A DNA stretch of 64,000 nt, from assembly GCA_032718475.1 (NCBI GenBank), contig JAUCBJ010008050.1, positions 100,045 to 164,044 of the forward strand, written 5' to 3'. This stretch comes from Nemertoderma westbladi. Lineage: Eukaryota > Animalia > Xenacoelomorpha. Positions within the stretch are counted from its first letter, which is position 1, and the number at the start of each line of letters is the position of its first letter. The translations under genes were made by a program, and so were the position numbers. Shown in pieces: positions 43,446 to 54,300 of the stretch. The notes below the pieces were generated by a model. The model saw nothing but the letters and a program-made list of their open reading frames with translations, was not told where the DNA came from and did no database searches.

Positions 43446-46400
43446 TCACGTTATGGAGTCCCTAGATATTTGCCGGATTAGGGAAGTAGTCGTAGGAAGA
43501 GTATCTTGCCTTCCATAGTTTTCGGACAGTTTTCGGTCTCTTTCCAGTAAACATAAACGACTAGCTGGGCGATTGAGTTGTTGTGTTACTTTCTCCGCTC
43601 CCTTGGCCTGTCTAATTTCTGCCGTGGTAAGATGAGGAGGCCATTCTTCTTCTTCTTTACTTAAGGAGTCGGATCCACCTAACCAGCCTGGAGTATCTAT
43701 CAGTTCTTGAGGAGTTGCTCCTCTGGAAGCGATGTCGGCTGGATTAATCGTCCCAAGGCAATGTCTCCATTGATCTACATTGGAGTTAATATCGTCATTA
43801 TCTGAGGAGTATGGTGTTCCCTCGGTTGGATCGTCCACATCACTGCTCTCCACTTCCCATTCCTTTACTTGGTATACCTGTTGTTGAGGTAATCTCTCTT
43901 TGAGAGTTCTACGGGAAGGGCCAGTGAAGTACCAACCTACTCTAGTTCTTACCGCATAAGTTTGTAATGGCTGTGGTTGAGCAGGCCGTTTCTCCAATGT
44001 CTCTAGCGCCTCATGCGCGTTTTGGCCGATGAGTATTTGCACTCCAGGATAATCTGTCTGGAATCGAGGTATCTTAAGATGTTGGATGCTCTCATCCTCG
44101 TCCCAATTATAAAGGTCTGCTTGGGTAGTAGCGAAGTTCTTTATAGCCACCATTTTTACTGACCTTATACTTTGTGCTCCTAATTTATCCTGGGGGGTGG
44201 ACAACGCACCTACATAGTAATCTGCCGTTATGGTAGATTTCCAAACCTGTATAATTCCTGACATATTCAATTTAGTCCGGAACTTGGGTTGTCCAGCAAA
44301 GATATCTTCGGCTAGTTCTTGATCGATGAATGTTCCTGTGCTGCCGGAGTCAAGTAGGGCGTTCACTATGTAACTCTTGTTGAGACCATGAACTCGAACT
44401 TGCACTACAGGAAATTCTCTTATTCCTATGTTGGAAGTTGGAACTTTCCAAGATGGTTGTTTGTCAAAAGGAGTTGGAGTAAACTCGTCAGTGTCCTTTT
44501 CATCCGTAAGTGCTCGATACACTGTGGTATTTATTAGATAACAGGATTCGTTGGCATCGGAGAATTCGTCTGTATAGAATCCTTCCCACTCAGAACCTTG
44601 GTCAGTGTCGTTCACATCACTGAATTGGACATGTAGTTCGGGCTCACTTACCTGACTCGGGTTGTCTCGTTCGAACTCACTGTGTAACAAAATGTGATGT
44701 TTCGCGCCACACTTTGCACACTTTGCGTCGGAGTAACAGGTTCGCCGTTGGTGTCCTGATCTGAGGCAATTATAGCATAGCCGCTTATTCCACAGGACTG
44801 TACGTCTTTCTACAGGGGATTTCTTTAGAAATTCAGCACACGCACTCAAACGGTGGGGCCCGTCGCACAGCGCACATTTTGGTTTGATGTTACTCACCTT
44901 ACCTTGGGTAACGTTATGCACTCTCGTTCTTTCTTCGGGCTTTCTTCCGTGAATTCTCTTAGGAGACGTAGGAGGAGTTGTTGTTACCTGTTCTCTCCTG
45001 TCACTGGTTCGAGACTTGTATTTACTTACGTCTTTATAGGTCTTGTTGTCATAGTAAGACTTTGCTGTGTCTTTCCCGCTGTCCTCTTCTTGAGAAGCTT
45101 GGCTCTCGCCGTCGTCAGTGTAACACACTGGTATTATCCTTCTCCTAGAAACGGGTTTCTCACTTACCTTATTTTCCGATGTTTTCTCTCTGGCCTGCTT
45201 GATGAGTTGTAGTTTTACCTCACCATCTAAGAAGGACATGAGATCAGCCATGGTAGGACTTCGTCGTTGTTGTTCATTCATGTACAACACTTTCTTGTCC
45301 CAGCGTGTACATACTCCACCCTTTGGTAAAGTAGAGACTACGGCTCCAATAACCATGGAACTCTGGTATTCATGCGACTTACCTAACCAGTCCAGTTGTC
45401 TACAGATCTCTTGAATTTCATCGGAAAACTCTATAATCCCACTACTAAGGAAGTGTCGGGGGGCTACTAATTTTGCATACAAATACTTAGCTATGTTATC
45501 TTTGTTACCATACCTGATGTTTAATGTATCCCAAACTTGTCTTAATCCATCTGGATGTCCAATAAACTTTAACGCCATTAACTTGGGAGGTCCTTCCAAA
45601 CACTTGATGAGGAATCTAAGTTTCTCTCCGTTAGATAGTACAGAATTCTGTATGCTATCTTTGTAATATTCGTTGAAAGGTAACCATTTCATCTCATCTC
45701 CATTGAATTTGACGATCTCTCCCACTTTGACCGCTTGGCGGGCTTCGGTTCTAGCCATCTGACGCGTAAAGCTTTCTTGGGCCATCGTGTTATTTAATAT
45801 CGAATTATCGGTATATAAATTTCTCGGATCATTATCAGGTCTATAGGGAATATCATTAATAACAGGTCTATAATCACCCTTAATAGGGTTTGCTATAGGG
45901 GTTTCAACTTCACTAGCAGTATAGATGCGTGTAGGCTCCACACCTTGCGCATGTAATACTTCAGACCTAACGGGTTGACACAATGTTACAGGGGGCATTG
46001 GTATGCCTTTTTGTATATTGACTAATTTGTCGCGTTCTAGCGCGATACTTTGCTGCACTTCTTGCAACTCTGCTCTACCTTCCCTCACTGTTCCCTTAAG
46101 TTGGTGGACAGTCTCCTGCATCTGTCCTAGCAGGAGATTCATCCCCCGCCGTCCCTCTTCCACCCACTCAACCGCCGAAGCGGGAGTCGCCAACATAGTA
46201 GCGGGCTGACGCGGGACGACGGGAGACAAATTATTGATTTCTCTCTCTGCTATCTGGACAGGGGTATTTGCATGGACTGTTCCACCGGGTACAGGCAGTG
46301 TAGTGCTATGTAAAGGGAATTTAGAGTTAAGCTCTGGAAGTGTAGGGGTCTCTAGCACAGAAGTGACTTTGGGAACTACAGGCCTAATTATTTCAGGTTC

Positions 46401-47693
46401 ATCGACTATAGTAGGGAGTCTTTTGACCTGGATAAATTGTTCTATGGGTTCTGCACTACCTAAATCTGTGCTAGTTAGCTGTCTTTTAACAGCGGGGGGC
46501 AAATCAGGCAGTTTATGACGGTGAGATGTTTTTCTACGCCTGCTTAGACGAGATCTATTTCCTCCGCCTTCAGGATCGGTGGTCTCGCCTTCCTCCGATG
46601 ATGTGTATCCTTGGCGCTTGGGAGTAGATCGACTCATCATCTGCATTTGATTAGCAGTAAACTGTTTATTTATACTGTCTTGCGTCTCTTGCAGATTTTC
46701 CAACTCCAATTGGATAGTCTGCTCAGAGGCTCTCCGTTCTGCTTCGGCCACTGCCCTTTCCGCCTTTGCTTCTGCCGCCGCTGCCTTTCCTTTTGCTTCT
46801 GCTTCTGCCGCTGCTGCCCTTCCTTTTGCTTCTGCTTCTGCCGCTGCTGCCCTTGCTGCTATTCTTTCTGCTTCTACTTCTGCCATAGCCGCCGCCTTTG
46901 CTGCTTTTCTTTCTGCTTCTGCATCTGCCATAGCCGCCGCCTTTTGTTCCTCTATCCTTCTTTTCTTTATTTGTTCTTCTCGGACTCTAATGAGGCGGAG
47001 TTTTTCATCACATTCAGCTTGGTTTGCAGCTAACATTTCGGCATCGATTGCGTCCAACACAAGCTTGGTTCCTTCACTATTAGGGGAAAGTCCAGACAGC
47101 CGTCTCCTCAACTCTTCGTCTCCTAGGAATCGCTGATAGTCGGACAAATAAATGTCGATAGCGTCTCTAGTTCGCGGCTTCTCTGCTGATGTTAATTCGC
47201 TTTCCACTTCGCTTTCCACCTCGCTTTCCACTTCGCTTTCCACCTCACTTTTCACTTCGCTTTCCACCTCACTTTCCACTTGAGAAGAAGTGGCGTCGGT
47301 TGATTCCCCACAGGCTGGCCGCCCATCATAAACCGTATCCGCCATCTTCGCTCCGCGTTCTGGCGTCCGCTCAACAGTATCCGAACTACTGGAGCTATCG
47401 GACCGCTGAGGACCCGGTTCTTGGCTAGGAGGTTGCTGCTGTTTTATAGCTTCTTCTTGATCCCGCTTGACTTGGGCCCGAGTGCCTATGGCAGACCAAC
47501 GGCGCTTCACTAACTTCGCAAATTGCGAAATCTTTTCTACCAACCTAGGTTCTGTCACAACCACTGCAGGGGTTGCCCTTCTTACAGTATGAGGGGTTTC
47601 AGACCTCGGTCTGGGATTCTCTACACTTTGATCTGAGAAACAGGCTGTTGTTTCTAGGAGACTATCTGACAGAGTTTGCCTTGTGTCAGCCAT
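43446..47693 (-). CDS. gag: Gag-protease ORF of copy 2 (1415 aa) with in-frame loss of RT, most of RNase H and integrase
   Basis: Collinear with copy 1 Gag/PR (capsid, 3 knuckles, ALLDSGS), then jumps SSDNDDIN>DQWRHC and KGAEKV>TQQLNRP, ending at the native pol stop. Confidence 0.92.
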   Translation of the reverse strand: MADTRQTLSDSLLETTACFSDQSVENPRPRSETPHTVRRATPAVVVTEPRLVEKISQFAKLVKRRWSAIGTRAQVKRDQEEAIKQQQPPSQEPGPQRSDSSSSSDTVERTPERGAKMADTVYDGRPACGESTDATSSQVESEVESEVKSEVESEVESEVESEVESELTSAEKPRTRDAIDIYLSDYQRFLGDEELRRRLSGLSPNSEGTKLVLDAIDAEMLAANQAECDEKLRLIRVREEQIKKRRIEEQKAAAMADAEAERKAAKAAAMAEVEAERIAARAAAAEAEAKGRAAAAEAEAKGKAAAAEAKAERAVAEAERRASEQTIQLELENLQETQDSINKQFTANQMQMMSRSTPKRQGYTSSEEGETTDPEGGGNRSRLSRRRKTSHRHKLPDLPPAVKRQLTSTDLGSAEPIEQFIQVKRLPTIVDEPEIIRPVVPKVTSVLETPTLPELNSKFPLHSTTLPVPGGTVHANTPVQIAEREINNLSPVVPRQPATMLATPASAVEWVEEGRRGMNLLLGQMQETVHQLKGTVREGRAELQEVQQSIALERDKLVNIQKGIPMPPVTLCQPVRSEVLHAQGVEPTRIYTASEVETPIANPIKGDYRPVINDIPYRPDNDPRNLYTDNSILNNTMAQESFTRQMARTEARQAVKVGEIVKFNGDEMKWLPFNEYYKDSIQNSVLSNGEKLRFLIKCLEGPPKLMALKFIGHPDGLRQVWDTLNIRYGNKDNIAKYLYAKLVAPRHFLSSGIIEFSDEIQEICRQLDWLGKSHEYQSSMVIGAVVSTLPKGGVCTRWDKKVLYMNEQQRRSPTMADLMSFLDGEVKLQLIKQAREKTSENKVSEKPVSRRRIIPVCYTDDGESQASQEEDSGKDTAKSYYDNKTYKDVSKYKSRTSDRREQVTTTPPTSPKRIHGRKPEERTRVHNVTQGKVSNIKPKCALCDGPHRLSACAEFLKKSPVERRTVLWNKRLCYNCLRSGHQRRTCYSDAKCAKCGAKHHILLHSEFERDNPSQVSEPELHVQFSDVNDTDQGSEWEGFYTDEFSDANESCYLINTTVYRALTDEKDTDEFTPTPFDKQPSWKVPTSNIGIREFPVVQVRVHGLNKSYIVNALLDSGSTGTFIDQELAEDIFAGQPKFRTKLNMSGIIQVWKSTITADYYVGALSTPQDKLGAQSIRSVKMVAIKNFATTQADLYNWDEDESIQHLKIPRFQTDYPGVQILIGQNAHEALETLEKRPAQPQPLQTYAVRTRVGWYFTGPSRRTLKERLPQQQVYQVKEWEVESSDVDDPTEGTPYSSDNDDINSNVDQWRHCLGTINPADIASRGATPQELIDTPGWLGGSDSLSKEEEEWPPHLTTAEIRQAKGAEKVTQQLNRPASRLCLLERDRKLSENYGRQDTLPTTTSLIRQISRDSIT

Positions 47694-50024
47694 GTTTGAT
47701 TGTACAGTCGAATGCTTACTGCTATATTACAGTTAAAGCAAGTCTAGTAATTCAGTATCACTGTTAGCCTAATAATTAATTACCGATACTGCTACTCAGT
47801 GTAGCGTGATATATATATAATATATTAGAATACCGGTATGCTTATAATATATATATAAGTATTATTACAGACTAGATTTGTCACAGAGTACCGGTGTATA
47901 AATTTAGCACAAATATATATATAAATATATAATAGGCCTATCGTGGATACCGGTATACAGCTTACACTTATAATATATATAAAGTATAACTATGAACTAA
48001 AATTAATTACAGAATACCGGTATGATTTCAGCTCAAATTTATAGAAATAAATATAATAAGCCTATGGTAAATACAGGTATGTCAATTATTTTAGAATAAT
48101 TGAATTTCTGAATATTTAGGGTTACTTGGTTACTTTAACTTACTTTGTTACCGTTATTTAAGCAGTAGTCCAACTGATATTGAGACCTAGTTGTTGTATG
48201 GCAGGCCTACTATTTATAAATCGTTTGAGTTGATTTATAATATTTATATACCCGTTTAAAAGGGTTTTGTCAATATTTGAAATAAATGTTATTATTTCTG
48301 TGGGAGTCACTACACAGAAGGTGAACGCCTCTAAGTGAAGTGCTATTTATTTGACACTAAAACTGATAATTCTAATTTACCTAAGTTACTTAATACTACA
48401 AATTACTTACGATACGGGTGAGATTAATTCTCTAATTAAACACAACAAAATATTACGTACGAAATTTTTTAGGGTAATTTTACAGGAAGTCTACAAACCA
48501 GCCTAACAAAGGGTTAGAATTCTGGTTATTATCAACGGACAGGGTACTACGGTATTTAAATAATAAGTAGTAGTAAATATATCGTGCTGTCCAGATAGGA
48601 AAATACCACCGCCTGACGACCTATAACCGTATCGCTATAGGTACTACGTTATGTATCACGGATTGTTCCTACCCAGAAGCTAATAGAGCTAACGAATGTG
48701 CCTATCAACCACTTTACAACACAAATATACTGCCTACACTAATTACTTCGGAAAGCACTGTACACTAAACCCTAAATTAGGTACAAGTACCGGTATAACA
48801 AATAATCAGTAGTTAAATATACTTGAACAGTTAAAAGAACCACGGCATCTGCTGGAGTGACCGAAGCACAAAGTCGTCAGTCTTTACCCACGCCAAGCAA
48901 CCCGTGTAGTACCGGAGTTAATTTAACTATAACGGTATGTGTAACAAACACAATTACTGTAGGAATAAACTTGGGGACATGAATGTTGCGAATAATCGCA
49001 TAAACTCTGAATAATAAATATTACGCTACCCGTACAGAATACTCAAACAAATACAAACCAAACGCTGGCAGACTACTACCAAGCCTAAACAAACTACTGT
49101 ATGTGCAGATTCTGAAACTGTTAGTTAGTATGCGTTCTAACACGGTAGTACGACTTACTCTTTAAGAGGGGATTGACCTTACCGCTTATGGCTGCCCCAA
49201 CTTACTAACGGCACTTGATCAGACCAACTCTACACACGCAGCAATCCCTTCAGACCTAAAAATAGCTAGACAACAATCCAGCCTACAAAATATCTGAGTA
49301 ATAACTATTACGGTATCTGAACAGACCACACAAACAAACTCAGGCTAAAACACTGGCAGACTACGATCAAGCCTAGATAAACTACAGTATATGCAGACTC
49401 TGAAACTGTTAGTTAGTATGCGTTCTAACACGGTAGTACGACTTATTCTTTAAGAGGGGATTGACCTTCAGCATATGGCTGCCCCAACTTACTAACGGCA
49501 CTTTATCAGACCAACTCTACACACACCGCAATCTCTCCAAACTCAACAACAGTCAGACAGCAGCTCAGCCTACAATTATCTGAACAATCTGAGCAGGGTC
49601 ACACGCCTTCTGCTCAATATTAGCCTACTAGTAAATAAAACCGACAGAAATAAGTAGAATCTCAAATAAAAATCAGGGCGGCCGTCCCTGATTAAGTACT
49701 AAGACCTACCAGTATACAATAATCAAAATCGAATAATACTAAATGTACTTGTACAGCAGTACCGGTACCGGTGATGACAGTTAGGCCTACTGACCTACAA
49801 AGTACCGGTTCAGTTTTACCGGTCACTACGGTATTTTGCAACCTTATTGCCTACTGCAATAAGATTTTAAACTGTTACGGTTCGACAGAACAGTATTAAA
49901 CTGTATTTAATGCCTACACTTGCAACCTTATTGCCTACTGCAATAAGATTATAACTGTTACTGTTCGCCAGAACAGTATTAAACTGTATTTAATACCTAC
50001 ACTGCAATACAAGTTAACTGTTAC

Positions 50025-51257
50025 TGTTCGCGCTTTTGAAGACCTTTAGCAGTTTAACCTGCCAAAATTTATATGTCTTTTAGTTAATTAACACACCTTT
50101 AGCATACGACAATATTTTATGCTAATACGCAAAACATTAGCCGAAGCCAGCCCATGCGCGATCATTCACCCGATGGATCTACACCCGGGAGGCTGAATTC
50201 GGATGCTTAGATTTTATTATTGCAGTGTAAGGTTGCAGTGTAAACCTATTGTATTATTCGATAGATCACTAATATGTAATTTCTGACAGATATTATTAAC
50301 TTTCGGGAAATATTAACAGTTCCTTTAGGACGTGGCGCTCTATCTATTTAAACAGAGCTAGGACTTATACTAAACGCAACGATAAGGCTTATGATTAAAG
50401 TATAAGTCGCATTCTTTAGGAAATGCTTTGTTACCAGTCACATCACACTCACAATCATGCACACTATTCTGCCGACAGTCAGTATATTTGATCACACATA
50501 AAGAGAGCAGTAATTGACTCACGTAGTGTCTACTAAATAACATTAGATTCAATACACACCACATTGATATAAATCGCAATTGTTATATATAGCCCGCCTC
50601 TCTAACCTGTAGTGTATCAAGAAAATTGGGAATTTGGGGTGATTTATCCGTATTCTCCAAAGAGCAATATTTCCATCAACAAATAGATACAATTAATAAC
50701 TGACGGTAAATAGCAGTACAAACAATATGATTAGTGCAGTTAAATTAAGTGAGGTAACACCGCCGGTAACAGTTATACTTTCTATAATCTAAGCAGTTTA
50801 CTAGAGTTCTTACCAAAAAGCCGGTGTTTCTGGCTTAGACAGCAATAACAACAAAGTATCAAGTAAGGCAGTAAGACTGAACACTCTCCTTATGATCGGC
50901 TGAAAAGCTACACGTCGACAGGAAAAATCGCTCTGATTGGCTCAAGCCAAACAAAGAACCATACATCCAATGGCTGTTTCCATGTCAGCAACCAGCTGTT
51001 AGATGTCGTAATATGAATCATCACGGCTAAGCTGTGAAAGGTAGTTGGTGCATTACAAGTTTTTTGCCTTACCATGTCCGCCAAAACACGTATATAGCAG
51101 AATGATTTTTATGTCCGTTAAAACACCTGTAAAGGTACCTTGCGGGCGAGGGGAATATATATACAGTTAGAGAACCTTTTTAGAGTATTCCAGCGCCTGG
51201 GGGGAAACTGGATTGCGAAGCAAAAGGGGCCAGTTATATCCCACAGAAGCTTTTACA
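50025..51257 (-). repeat. 5' LTR of copy 2
   Basis: Direct repeat of 39073-40305. Confidence 0.96.
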
Positions 51258-51369
51258 ATGACCATCTAAGAGATGATTTTATGTTATTTTATTTCAACTA
51301 ATTTTTAACATTCCAGGTATCATACCACGTTCCCCCGTTCCAACTGATACATCTAACGTTCCATCTACA

Positions 51370-54300
51370 ATGACAACTGTAGGGGAATTGGCACAATCGC
51401 TATGGGAAGAGAGTCCACACACTAAGGTCTTCACAGCAAATCATGACAAAATAGAGGATTTCGCAAATAAATGTCTCGTTTTAGTGTCATTAGTGGCACT
51501 TGCAGGTAAATTGTTTGCATCAGAGGCCATGCAATGTGTACCTTCAGGTGAACACTTAGAAGATATAATCAACATTGAAATGAGTGATGCTATATTGGAT
51601 TACGCTAAGGACAAATGCGGAAATGTGCTATGGAATTTTGTTACACAATATCTTCCTTACATAATGATAATAGAGTCTCTTTTCCTACTTATAGTAGACA
51701 AATTTAGTTTGAAAACGTCATCTATTCGAAATACACTGGAATTATTTTACAACTTGGTTGTAGAACCATCGCTAAACTGTACTGATGCCGATTCAACTAG
51801 GAGAATCAATTCAATGGAAGAAGGTATGGCAGGAGATATATTAGTAAAGGAAAGACAATGCAAAGAAATGAGTGAGTCTTTAAAGAGAAGCAGTAAAATA
51901 TATCGAGCTTATGTTTGGAAAAGTGTATTTGAAATCATTTTTGGATTATTTATCTTTGGATTCAATATATGGATTGCTGCCGATCAAACTGCTATTCAAA
52001 ATGGTGCTCTGTGCTCCATACCATTGAACCAATTTGCTTCGACACCAAGTGCAACCAACCTAGAATTTGTATGCTCCTGCACACAAATGAATATTTACCA
52101 CTACATAAGTATAATATTGTGCGTTATCCTTGTGGTTCACATCCTTTGTAATTTGTACGCTATATTCTGGTGTTTTTCTTTACACCTTAGACCTTTTTCT
52201 CATCAATTGGCTACATACAAAAAAAATGGGATAACTTGCAGTGATAATTGGTCCATATTAACCCTTTCTAAAGCTCGTTCATATTTGCACAAAAGCTTGT
52301 TACAAATTCCTGTACGCTGCACAACAAGTTACAATAATTCTGAAAATGGGGATGTTACCAGTGGCCAAGATATACTATTTCTGCTAGACTTAGTTGCTCA
52401 CTCTTGTAAAGTTTCAGCTTCATTGAAGATTTTCACACTTCTTAATGATGAGTTCCAAGATCTATGGACTCCACAGAAAGTTACATTTTTAACAGAAGAA
52501 ATGACAGAAGAAAAAATAATTGTTAAATGGGAGCGAGCTATAATACATAATTCCACAAACATAACGTCAGCAAATCTTACAGCATACGAAGTGAGCTTAA
52601 CTCCCTCTGATAGCCACAACTCATTTCTTAGAATAGATGCAAATGGTCCTTACTTAGCATGTTTTGAAAGCTTAGAACCGGGTAAAGAGTATACAATCTC
52701 TGTGTCTTCCATCCTCAATGGAACATCAATGGCTTGTGCTTCACATTCTGAACATACATATGCAAACCAACCAATTAATATGAAAGCAGAAACAATTGGA
52801 TCAAACTTTATTGATTTGAGTTGGTGTTCTCCAAATAGAGGCGAATTTACAGATTATTTGTTAGAATATTCAAAGCAAGAAGATAGTCACCCCAGCCATT
52901 TAAATCAAATTCAAAGAAATACTCAGCAGCCTATTACAACTCATAAGTATGTCTCAGAGTCAGCGCTAATTGGTAGCAGGATAAAAAGAACAATTGATAT
53001 TTCAATTGAATTAGAAGGAAGTCATCAACTTCATCAACAAACATCAATAAATCTCGAACCTGTTGAAAATAAAGTAGTACTGAATAAAGGGCAAACATCC
53101 TACAAAGTTCAAAACCTTGCCCCAAAACGAAAATATAAATTCAAATTGACAGCTCGGAGTGGTAAAAATCTCACAATAAAGCCCAATTCTGAAGCGCTTA
53201 AAGGTACATTTATGACCAAGCGTCTTCCACCACCTGAAAATATAAGAATTCGTGATCATGATGTTACAACAATTGATGTTCAGTGGGATTTATCATCATC
53301 AGTTACTCATTATTATGTGTATCACACTCTAGCTAAATCACTTTCATATGAGATAATTAGTCGAACAATCTCCCCTAATCTGGATATATGTTTAATGCAT
53401 TGCCAATTCGCAGGTGAAGTAGATGTTAGTAAACCCACAACTGATAATTTCGATATGATATATAAAGTAGGAAGAGATGGCGACCTGGAAGAGGGGCAAT
53501 GGTATGCTATCTTCGTTGTTGCTGTGAATGGAAACGTTCAGTCTGACCCTACAATGGCCATTCATTGGACTCGGCCCGCAAAACCTACAAAATTTAGAGA
53601 ACAAATTTTGAATGATGGAGTTTCATTACTATGGAAGAAATCAACCTCGATGTTAACTAGGGGATATATTTTGAAATGTAAACCAGTAAATAAAGGTTTT
53701 AAGGGACATTTACCTACAACTGTTCTTGGTGACATTGGTAATGTTGACCATTATAAAATATATGGTTTACAGGGTGGATGCTCATACACATTTACCTTGG
53801 AGGCTCAGGCATACATTGATGACATTAAAGATGCTACTACTAGTATCCCAATAAATTTGAGCCATACCGTTAAACCAAAACCTGTAATTAAACCAAAACA
53901 TAATTCTGCCGCTGATAATATATCAGTTACTTGGGATATTCCAGAAGATACACTTATTTCTCAATTCGGTCTGCAAATTGAGGAGTTGAGAGAGAATGGC
54001 CCTGCTAAATCCCTGTGTGAACTGGATTTTCCATCAAGTAGTCATAAATTTCCCCAACTGAAGCAAGGCATGAAATATCAAATAAATATCTGGACACAGA
54101 CTGAAATTGAGAATGAAGAGAAGGAAAATAACAATCAGCCTGTCAAGAGCCCAATTGAGATAATAAAGTGCTTTACATGTCCCAGCCAGCCAGAGCAATT
54201 ATTGACAGAATCAATAAACTCACAAAATGTTAAACTTGTATGGGACAAATCTATATCATATGAAGAGGTTCACTACTTTATCATCTACACTGAGAATGAA

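Larger units (their letters stand above)
39073..51257 (-). mobile_element. BEL/Pao LTR retrotransposon copy 2 (12.2 kb), internally deleted and non-autonomous, 5-bp TSD ATGAC
   Basis: LTRs 50025-51257 and 39073-40305 (1233 bp each, about 9 substitutions seen); ATGAC at 39068-39072 and 51258-51262; same PPT as copy 1. Confidence 0.96.
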
